Below, piece by piece: positions 7,466-13,268 of a stretch of 13,268 nt of DNA (positions are counted from its first letter, which is position 1; every line of letters starts with the position of its first letter). Location: NCBI RefSeq assembly GCF_900167395.1, contig NZ_FUWK01000054.1, positions 1 through 13,268 on the forward strand, read 5' to 3'. The position numbers were made by a program, and so were the translations under genes. Under the pieces are notes generated by a model. It did no database searches, was not told the DNA's origin, and saw only the letters and a program-made list of their open reading frames with translations. The stretch is from Nitrosomonas europaea (GTDB taxonomy: Bacteria > Pseudomonadota > Gammaproteobacteria > Burkholderiales > Nitrosomonadaceae).

Positions 7466-8265
7466 AATCCTTTCCACAATTTGCGGCCGGCATGGTTGTG
7501 ATCCTGTCTCCAGGGGTGGATATGCCGGTGGCAAACGCGGAAACATTACTGGACAAGGAAAAACAGATCTTGCCCGTACCTCATCCTCGGGGCAAGTACC
7601 ACCATCCGACCCACAGCGACCAGAATTATGCGTTCCTGCGCGCCGATGTTCTCGAATACCGTCCCGGGAGGGATGATAGCGATTTCCGCTGGGATATACA
7701 GGGCTGGTACGGTGGGGATTTCAACCGCCTGTGGTTCAAAACTGAAGGCGAACGAAATACGGCTTTCAAGGCAGAGCACGACATCGACATGCAGCTTCTG
7801 TACGGCAGGTTTATCGGGAAATATTATGATGTTCAGATCGGTGTGCGCGGAGAGACACAAACCGTTAGAGGGAAAGACGTAGCCCGGGCGCATGCGGTTA
7901 TCGGTTTTCAAGGGCTTGCTCCCTATCGCTACGAAGTGGAGTCCGCACTCTTTATCAGCCAGCAGGGAGATGTGTCCGTGCGCTTTCAGACATCCCGCGA
8001 TTTTTTACTGACACAGCGGCTGATTTTGCAAGGACGTTTTGAGACCCATGCGGCAGTGCAAAAGGTAGAGAAATTTACTACCGGCCAGGGACTTAATAAT
8101 ATTGAACTGGGGTTGCGGCTGCGTTACGAGATCAGGCGAGAAATCGCGCCTTATATCGGCATTTCATACGATCGCAGTTTTTTCAGGACTGCTGATCTTG
8201 TGCGGGAAGAAGGGGGCGATTCCAGCCAGGTTCGTTTTGTGGCTGGCGTGCAGTTGTGGCTCTAA
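7462..8265 (+). CDS. copB: Copper-resistance protein B (CopB/PcoB), outer-membrane beta-barrel.
   Basis: The start ATG 7462 overlaps the copA stop (ATGA, 7462-7465), consistent with translational coupling. N-terminal signal-like segment (MKSFPQFAAGMVVILSPGVDMPVANA). CopB-family motifs include YAFLRADVLEYR, WDIQGWYGGDFNRLWFKTEGE, LLYGRFIGKYYDVQIGVR and a C-terminal aromatic ending (GVQLWL). The track's start at 7372 lies inside copA and is rejected. Confidence 0.88.
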   Translation: MKSFPQFAAGMVVILSPGVDMPVANAETLLDKEKQILPVPHPRGKYHHPTHSDQNYAFLRADVLEYRPGRDDSDFRWDIQGWYGGDFNRLWFKTEGERNTAFKAEHDIDMQLLYGRFIGKYYDVQIGVRGETQTVRGKDVARAHAVIGFQGLAPYRYEVESALFISQQGDVSVRFQTSRDFLLTQRLILQGRFETHAAVQKVEKFTTGQGLNNIELGLRLRYEIRREIAPYIGISYDRSFFRTADLVREEGGDSSQVRFVAGVQLWL

Positions 8266-8300
8266 TCAGTGTTTCAAGCGTCATCAGAAACTCCCGAGGT

Positions 8301-9242
8301 CTATCCATGCACATGCAGCAGCCAGATGATGCAACCAGCCACACTGAAACAGCCTGTCAGAGCAATAAGCGCATTGCGGCGATATTTACGGATCAGTTCC
8401 GCTTGCGGGCGAACCGAAATGATAAACGGGTATCTGCCATCCTTCAGCGTAGAGACGTGATGGATTTCTGTTTCATGCAGCAGTTGCCGGTGAACGGTTT
8501 GTGCTTGTGAAAGTGCTGTTTCACGGGCAATTTCCCATTCCGCCAGATCTATTTCACCATCCCGATTGGTATCGAAGCGTTCCAGCAATTGCCGTCTATC
8601 CTGTTTCCAGTCACTGAGGAGATCACGCGCAATATCCCGTACGGATCGCTCTGTTGCTGGAGAGCGTGTTTGCAGATGGCCGGTGATGTAAAGGCGCTGT
8701 CCGGGCAGAATCAACTGTTCAGTATAGCGGTAGCGGCTCGCCAGCCCGATAATGGCCGAGCCGTTATCTAGTATCCCGGTCCGTACAGGCCATTCGGTGT
8801 TGCCATACCAGACGAGTTTCTCATTACTGATGATTTCCGCCTCTTCCGGGTCGACCTGACATATTCCGGTACCATCGTCCAGCAGAAATGGATGGTTGCT
8901 GGTGTTTCGATACAGAATTTTCCATTCGGTACGTGTGCGTTTCTGTTCCAGGATGGTTTCTTTGCGTTCGATCCGGCTGTGGTACCAGAGACATTCATGA
9001 TTGGATAACGGAGCAAAAACGGGCTGGTCGGGGAGAGATCTTCCCTTGCCTTCCAGTTCGATACGGCCCTGGTGTGCAGAACGCAGACGTGCCGTGGGGG
9101 TATCCTTGATCAGATGCCATCGTTTCCATGCACGTATGAAACAGTAAAAGCCTGTCAGAGCTGCCAGTATCAGGATGATCAGCGTAAATCCGTACTCTTG
9201 CGGGGTGAGGCTGCGCACGAGATTGGTTGCGGCAGTTTCCAT
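8301..9242 (-). CDS. Two-TM membrane protein with a GIDE-like domain and one canonical EF-hand Ca2+-binding loop.
   Basis: 313 aa. TM1 is about residues 19-37 and TM2 about 291-309. IKDTPTARLRSAHQGRIELEGKG...PLSNHECLWY matches my recollection of the N-terminal signature of bacterial GIDE (PF12483-type) proteins. DTNRDGEIDLAE (nt 8538-8573) fits the 12-residue EF-hand loop consensus (D1, N3, D5, G6, I8, E12) and is flanked by helical segments. The start is 12 nt after the lemA stop. The family call is from memory and untested. Confidence 0.7.
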   Translation of the reverse strand: METAATNLVRSLTPQEYGFTLIILILAALTGFYCFIRAWKRWHLIKDTPTARLRSAHQGRIELEGKGRSLPDQPVFAPLSNHECLWYHSRIERKETILEQKRTRTEWKILYRNTSNHPFLLDDGTGICQVDPEEAEIISNEKLVWYGNTEWPVRTGILDNGSAIIGLASRYRYTEQLILPGQRLYITGHLQTRSPATERSVRDIARDLLSDWKQDRRQLLERFDTNRDGEIDLAEWEIARETALSQAQTVHRQLLHETEIHHVSTLKDGRYPFIISVRPQAELIRKYRRNALIALTGCFSVAGCIIWLLHVHG

Positions 9243-9254
9243 GACGACAGTCGA

Positions 9255-9833
9255 TCAGTCGAACAGTTTGCCCAGGTCGTGGTCGTGTTTGTTGATCGTA
9301 GTAAATTTCAGCAGTGATCGTGCACTGAATCCAAACCATCTGGCGATAAGGATTTCCGGGAACTGTTCGATGCGGATATTGTTGTTTCTGACTGCTTCAT
9401 TGTAGTACTCGCGCCGGTCGGCAATGCCATTCTCCAGACTGGTGATGCGGGTCTGCAAATGCTGGAATTTTTCGCTGGCCCTGAGTTCGGGATAAGCTTC
9501 CGCTACAGCGTACAGTTGCCCCAGCCCTGCTCTCAATATACTTTCTGCTGCACCCAGGGCAGGCAGATTACCTGTTTCACGAGCATGCGCAATGCTGGTA
9601 CGTGCTTCCATGACCCGGCTGAGTGTTTCCTGCTCAAATTTCATATAGTGCCTGCAGGTTTCAACCAGCCTGGGCAGCTCGTCATGGCGTTGTTTCAGTA
9701 GAACATCGATATTTGACCAGGCCTGGGAAACAGTATGTTTGATATCCACCAGACTGTTATAGATCATGACTCCGATCACCAACAGGGCGACGGTCACAGC
9801 GAGCAAAATATAGAAAGAAATAGCCAGATTCAT
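9255..9833 (-). CDS. lemA: LemA family membrane protein.
   Basis: 192 aa with a single N-terminal TM (ISFYILLAVTVALLVIGVMIY). LemA hallmarks include NSLV..K..V.QAWSNIDVLLKQRHDELPRLVE, AVAEAYPELRASEKF..LQ, ENGIADRREYYNEAVRNNNIRIEQFP and ARWFGF. Confidence 0.9.
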   Translation of the reverse strand: MNLAISFYILLAVTVALLVIGVMIYNSLVDIKHTVSQAWSNIDVLLKQRHDELPRLVETCRHYMKFEQETLSRVMEARTSIAHARETGNLPALGAAESILRAGLGQLYAVAEAYPELRASEKFQHLQTRITSLENGIADRREYYNEAVRNNNIRIEQFPEILIARWFGFSARSLLKFTTINKHDHDLGKLFD

Positions 9834-9951
9834 GGGGTGTCCGTAAAGATAATCAAAACCTTATCAACGACACTGGCCGGGATTTTTTGATGCCGGAAAG
9901 ACGGGCAATAGTGTTTTATCGGGGGTTGCGCAGCAATTACCGCGTTGTTGT

Positions 9952-10626
9952 TCAGGCGGTTCTGGTGAAGATAATGTCGCGGATGGTGTGGCCGAGCTTC
10001 ATCCCACGCTGTTCAAATTTGGTCAGCGGCCGGTAGGCAGGGCGTGCGGCGTAGTCGACGGCAGTATTGACGAATCGTTCTTCACTGCGCAATACATGCA
10101 GAATATGGGTGGCGTAGTCTTCCCAGTCGGTGGCGATATGCAGATAGCCGCCGGGTTTCAGCCGGTCACACAGAAGTGAAACAAAATCCGGCTGGATCAG
10201 GCGGCGTTTGTGATGCCGTGCCTTGGGCCACGGATCCGGGAAGAAAATGTGGATGCCATCCAGCGACTCGCTGGTAAACATTTGCTGCAAAACCAGTTTT
10301 GCATCGTGCGGGATGATGCGCAGATTGGTCAGTCTGTGTTTTTCGATTTGACCAAGCAGACTGCCGATTCCCGGTGCGTGAACTTCAATGGCTATAAAAT
10401 CCTTCTCCGGATGTTGCCTGGCGATTTCGGCAGTGGTTTCTCCCATCCCTGATCCAATTTCCAGAATTCCGGGTGCCGTGCGTCCGAAGATCGAATCGAG
10501 ATCGACTGGTTCTTCAGTGAGTGGGATGCCGTAACGTGGCAACAGCGATTCGTAGGCGTGTCGCTGCGCATTGGAAAAATATCCCTGACGGAGCACATAA
10601 CTGCGAATCGGAGGATGAGAAGACAA
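9952..10626 (-). CDS. trmB: tRNA (guanine46-N7)-methyltransferase.
   Basis: IRSYVLRQGYFSNAQRHAYESLLPRYG, the SAM-binding LEIGSGMGETTAEIA, DFIAIEVH, IFFPDPWPKARHHKRR and HIATDW are TrmB hallmarks. The track ORF (to 10764) overlaps the thiG 3' end by about 110 nt. The likely true start is TTG 10626 (MSSHPPIRSYV), with AGGA 9 nt upstream and 26 nt after the thiG stop. Confidence 0.9.
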   Translation of the reverse strand: MSSHPPIRSYVLRQGYFSNAQRHAYESLLPRYGIPLTEEPVDLDSIFGRTAPGILEIGSGMGETTAEIARQHPEKDFIAIEVHAPGIGSLLGQIEKHRLTNLRIIPHDAKLVLQQMFTSESLDGIHIFFPDPWPKARHHKRRLIQPDFVSLLCDRLKPGGYLHIATDWEDYATHILHVLRSEERFVNTAVDYAARPAYRPLTKFEQRGMKLGHTIRDIIFTRTA

Positions 10627-10654
10627 AAACCGGTTTCCTGAGAAAGTGTATTGC

Positions 10655-11461
10655 TTAGCTGTTGGCAGCAGGATGCTGAGTGCCGGTAAACATGCCTTCT
10701 GCTGGAGAGCTCGGGCTGGCCTGGTAAATTTTCCTGGGCATACGTCCGGCAAGGTAGGCTTCACGCCCGGCCTCGACCGCTTTACGCATGGCGCTAGCCA
10801 TCAATATCGGATTGCGGGCACTGGCTACTGCGGTGTTCATGAGTACGCCATCACAACCAAGTTCCATCGCAATGGCAGCATCCGATGCGGTACCGACGCC
10901 TGCATCCACAATGACCGGTACTGTAGCTTTGTCTATGATGATCTGCAGATTCCAGGGATTGAGGATCCCCATGCCGGAACCGATCAGTGAAGCCAGTGGC
11001 ATGATAGCTGCGCAACCGATGTCTTCCAGTTGTCTGGCGACAATAGGGTCATCCGAGGTATAGACCATGACCTGAAAACCCTCTTTGACCAGAATTTTTG
11101 CGGCTTCGATGGTTGCAACCACATCGGGAAACAGCGTTTTCTGGTCACCCAGTACCTCCAGTTTGACCAGTGCATGTCCATCGAGCAGTTCACGTGCCAG
11201 ACGCAGTGTACGGACGGCATCTTCTGCTGTGTAACAGCCGGCAGTATTGGGTAGCAGCGTAAACTGCGACGGTGGAAGTATATCCAGCAGATTGGGTTCG
11301 TCGGGATTTTGCCCGATATTGGTACGGCGTATCGCTACCGTGATGATTTGTGCACCACTGGCATCGACTGCCGCACGGGTTTCAGCGAAATCCCTGTATT
11401 TTCCCGTCCCCAGCAGTAAACGGGAGGAATAACTTTTACCGGCTATGACGAGAGGTTCCAT
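10655..11461 (-). CDS. thiG: Thiazole synthase.
   Basis: 268 aa. [38 protein letters not shown] and [29 protein letters not shown] are ThiG hallmarks. It lies directly downstream of thiS. Confidence 0.95.
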   Translation of the reverse strand: MEPLVIAGKSYSSRLLLGTGKYRDFAETRAAVDASGAQIITVAIRRTNIGQNPDEPNLLDILPPSQFTLLPNTAGCYTAEDAVRTLRLARELLDGHALVKLEVLGDQKTLFPDVVATIEAAKILVKEGFQVMVYTSDDPIVARQLEDIGCAAIMPLASLIGSGMGILNPWNLQIIIDKATVPVIVDAGVGTASDAAIAMELGCDGVLMNTAVASARNPILMASAMRKAVEAGREAYLAGRMPRKIYQASPSSPAEGMFTGTQHPAANS

Positions 11462-11535
11462 AAATACGTCAGGATCGATGTGGTCAGTTGAAGGGTACGG
11501 CCAGAGACTGGAATGAATTTTGAGCGATCGAAAAA

Positions 11536-11736
11536 TCAGCCACCACCCACCGCCACAATGATTTCCAGTTGATCTCCTTCATTGAGGAGTAGTTCAGGGA
11601 AACGGCTGCGGGGAATGATTTCACCGTTGCGCTCGATGGCAAAACGCTTGTTCTGCAGCGATAACTTTTCTACCAGCTGCTGTACATTCATCGGGCCATC
11701 GTAACTTTGTTGCTGTCCGTTGATGATGAGTTGCAT
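11536..11736 (-). CDS. thiS: Sulfur-carrier protein ThiS.
   Basis: 66 aa from ATG 11736: [66 protein letters not shown]. It has the ubiquitin-like ThiS pattern and the obligatory C-terminal GG. The track's 132-aa version adds a non-homologous N-terminal extension. Confidence 0.9.
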   Translation of the reverse strand: MQLIINGQQQSYDGPMNVQQLVEKLSLQNKRFAIERNGEIIPRSRFPELLLNEGDQLEIIVAVGGG

Positions 11737-11916
11737 AATTTTCAGAAAAGTAGCCAAAGGCAGCCCATAAATGAAGGGATTTATTCTAGCACGCGGGTCT
11801 GGATCGATGGTAGAACAGAGATTTTTCAGATAGGCAGTGATGAAGGTGGTACCTGAATCAAAGGCCAATCTGTAAAAACGTGTTTTTAAGGAAAATAAAC
11901 ACCTGTACCCGTCCGG

Positions 11917-12426
11917 ATGATGGAGATTTTTCACAGCATGACCTTACCTGACAGCAAAAAAGATCAAACAGCACGTCACGTGGCGATTTTGCAGGAAAGT
12001 TATCGCCATTATACCGGCCGATATTTGTTCGACCCGAAGCTGGGTGCCAGTGAAGCAATAGTGTGGCTGGAGCAGGCACCTTTCGCTCTTGTCTCGCATG
12101 GCACCCAGCCTGATCCGATTTTCAATTATGGTAACCAGACTGCCTTGCAACTGTTCGGTATGACCTGGGATGAGTTTACCCGGATGCCTTCACGTCTGTC
12201 AGCAGAACCGGTGGATCGCGCGGAACGTACGCGCCTGCTGGATCATGTATCACGCGACGGCTACATCGATGATTACACGGGTGTTCGTATTGCTGCCGAT
12301 GGTCGCCGGTTTCTGATACGCCATGCAACTGTCTGGAATCTGCTGGACGAGAGCGGCCGATTTTACGGACAGGCTGCGATGATTCCAGAATGGGAAGTAT
12401 TACAACCGGTGTTTACTGCAGACTGA
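11917..12426 (+). CDS. Standalone MEKHLA (PAS-like) domain protein.
   Basis: APFALVSHGTQPDPIFNYGNQTALQLFGMTWDEFTRMPSRLSAEP..RAERTRLLDHVSRDGYIDDYTGVRIAADGRRFLIRHATVWNLLDESGRFYGQAAM matches the MEKHLA-domain consensus as I recall it (PF08670-type). The start is uncertain among ATG 11917, 11920 and 11938. Confidence 0.8.
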   Translation: MMEIFHSMTLPDSKKDQTARHVAILQESYRHYTGRYLFDPKLGASEAIVWLEQAPFALVSHGTQPDPIFNYGNQTALQLFGMTWDEFTRMPSRLSAEPVDRAERTRLLDHVSRDGYIDDYTGVRIAADGRRFLIRHATVWNLLDESGRFYGQAAMIPEWEVLQPVFTAD

Positions 12427-12494
12427 GGTTATGGATGCCGAGTTCAGCACGGCAAGGATGTCGTCAGCATAAGCACCGGAATGGAAGAATTGGC

Positions 12495-12899
12495 TCAACC
12501 CTCATGCCAGTTTATCCATTGCAAACCTGGTACACGGGAAAATTCGCGTACGTTGCGTGTGATCAGTGTTGCGCCGTGACGCAAGGCGGTGGCGGCAATC
12601 AGGGTATCGTGCGGCCCGATAGGGTTCTCTGCTGCTTCCAGCGTTGTTCGAATGCGGGCAGCATGGTCGGCACATTCGCTGTCGAAAGGCAGTTTCTGCA
12701 TGGGTAGCAGCAAGGTAGTCAGAGCAGCCAGACGTGGTGCAGCCATTTCGGGTGGCAAACGCAACAGGCCGTAGCGCAGTTCGTATTCCACAATGGCCGG
12801 TACAGCCACATCCTGCGGGCGCTGTGCCTGCAAACGCAGCACCACTTGCGGATCACCGCGAAAGTAATAACTGATGGTATTGCTATCCAGAATCAGCAT
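12495..12899 (-). CDS. vapC: PIN-domain ribonuclease toxin VapC (type II TA toxin).
   Basis: 134 aa. The N-terminal MLILDSN carries the first catalytic Asp. IVEYEL, PHDTLIAATAL and ATLITRNVREFSRVPGL are typical VapC/PIN motifs. The ORF appears intact. Confidence 0.88.
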   Translation of the reverse strand: MLILDSNTISYYFRGDPQVVLRLQAQRPQDVAVPAIVEYELRYGLLRLPPEMAAPRLAALTTLLLPMQKLPFDSECADHAARIRTTLEAAENPIGPHDTLIAATALRHGATLITRNVREFSRVPGLQWINWHEG

Positions 12900-12908
12900 G
12901 TTCAGCGC

Positions 12909-12957
12909 TCAGAATTCCAGGCGCGGCGTATCAGCAGGTAGTTGTTTGGTCCCGCAT
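12909..12957 (-). pseudogene. vapB: Probable 3' remnant of a vapB antitoxin gene (about 16 codons), truncated by the IS481-family element.
   Basis: The - strand frame ends ...CGTKQLPADTPRLEF* with its TGA at 12909-12911, 9 nt before the vapC ATG. This tail resembles AbrB-type VapB C-termini, e.g. ...REQPGMQERESF in plasmid MvpA as I recall it. Upstream, the frame is closed by TAA at 13014-13016. The 34 open codons contain no ATG, GTG or TTG. Confidence 0.4.
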
Positions 12958-13268
12958 TGTGATGGTGTATTGTATGATTTGCTACCGACACAGGAGGAAT
13001 TATGGGACAGATATTACACGGGAGCGCCCGCACGACAGCGGCGGTGCGTCGAGCGATACAACATAGTGAAGAGAGCCTGAATGTGCTGGCCAGGCGCTAC
13101 GCCATCAATCCCAAGACGGTGGCGAAATGGAAGAAGCGCAACTTTACGCACGATGCCAGGATGGGTCCGAAAGAGCCGCGTTCCACGGTTCTGACACCAG
13201 AGCAGGAAGCCGCTTGCGTAGCCTTCCGCAAACATACGCTGCTGCCGTTGGATGACTGCCTTTACGCC
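12958..13268 (+). mobile_element. Partial IS481-family insertion sequence. The window holds its left end and the 5' part of the transposase; the rest lies beyond the window end.
   Basis: The transposase reads rightward out of the window. The candidate left terminus begins with 5'-TGT at 12958 (TGTGATGGTGTATTGTATG...), as is common for IS481-family inverted repeats. The exact boundary (about 12950-12975) cannot be verified without the right end. Confidence 0.6.
13002..13268 (+). CDS. IS481-family transposase, N-terminal HTH region, 89 codons, partial.
   Basis: Hand translation from ATG 13002 (AGGAGG at 12992-12997) gives MGQILHGSARTTAAVRRAIQHSEESLNVLARRYAINPKTVAKWKKRNFTHDARMGPKEPRSTVLTPEQEAACVAFRKHTLLPLDDCLYA. 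This matches the conserved IS481-family N-terminus (HG.A.TT..VR..IQ.S.ES...LA.RYGIN.KTV.KW.KR......GPK.P.STVL..EEEA.IVAFR.HTLLPLDDCLYAL). The 13014..13235 - ORF in the track is its antisense shadow. Confidence 0.85.
   Translation, partial: MGQILHGSARTTAAVRRAIQHSEESLNVLARRYAINPKTVAKWKKRNFTHDARMGPKEPRSTVLTPEQEAACVAFRKHTLLPLDDCLYA

Noticed and set aside
8266-8300. Possible bidirectional terminator between the convergent copB and GIDE-like genes (GTTTC...GAAAC).
   Set aside because: The stem is only 5 bp with an 11-nt loop and no flanking T/A tracts, which is too weak to call.
11737-11916. Possible TPP (THI-box) riboswitch upstream of thiS.
   Set aside because: The conserved CUGAGA and ACCUGAUCUGGAUAAUGCCAGCG-type elements and their pairings are absent on either strand. 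It is reported only as a notable absence.
11737-11934. N-terminal 66-codon extension of the thiS ORF.
   Set aside because: ThiS proteins are about 66 aa. The extension has no homology pattern and overlaps the divergent MEKHLA gene start. ATG 11736 gives a canonical ThiS.
12900-12991. Alternative short - strand ORF upstream of vapC, starting at GTG 12991 and ending at the TGA at 12902-12904 (VSVANHTIHHNAGPNNYLLIRRAWNSER*), considered as a possible mini-antitoxin.
   Set aside because: At 28 codons it has no AbrB/Phd/RHH-like DNA-binding N-terminus. It lies largely inside the putative IS481 end and is far shorter than any known VapB.
13014-13235. 73-aa - strand ORF at the right edge.
   Set aside because: It is antisense to the IS481-family transposase N-terminus (13002->13268), whose sequence matches the family consensus closely.
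1-13268. Composite transposon formed by the two flanking IS elements.
   Set aside because: The two elements belong to different families (IS5 and IS481). They cannot be mobilised by one transposase, and the interior is largely core housekeeping genes.
1-13268. CRISPR arrays, tRNA/rRNA genes, retron/DGR-like or other tandem-repeat structures.
   Set aside because: Reading all intergenic regions on both strands, I saw no regularly spaced direct repeats, cloverleaf-compatible segments or rRNA-like sequence.

Overview
This 13.3-kb window is mostly core proteobacterial chromosome, with a partial insertion sequence of a different family at each edge. Gene content and synteny (rph-rdgB-hemW; thiS-thiG-trmB) suggest a beta- or gammaproteobacterium, possibly a nitrosomonad, but I cannot verify that. 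Neither IS transposase appears in the ORF track because both run off the window; I translated them by hand. Left to right: an IS5-family transposase 5' end (- strand), dihaem cytochrome c4 (-), and a 200-aa membrane-anchored hypothetical (+). Next is a co-directional housekeeping run map-rph-rdgB-hemW (+), then a two-gene copper-resistance cassette copA-copB (+). The - strand then carries a two-gene membrane module (LemA plus a two-TM GIDE-like protein with a canonical EF-hand loop) and trmB-thiG-thiS. The window ends with a standalone MEKHLA/PAS-like protein (+), a PIN-domain toxin vapC (-) and an IS481-family transposase 5' end (+). Several ORF-track entries are over-extended at the 5' end (copB, thiS, trmB, rdgB, rph, hemW), and I give shorter, homology-consistent starts. 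The items most worth a second look are: (1) the uncharacterised LemA / GIDE-like / EF-hand pair; (2) an intact vapC whose antitoxin gene appears reduced to about 16 C-terminal codons by the IS481-family element; (3) a perfect 7-N8-7 palindrome and a 24-codon ORF with a strong SD just upstream of copA; (4) an unusual His-Gly-rich metal-binding loop in CopA. I saw no CRISPR array, tRNA, rRNA or riboswitch. All family assignments come from reading motifs by eye, not from database searches.
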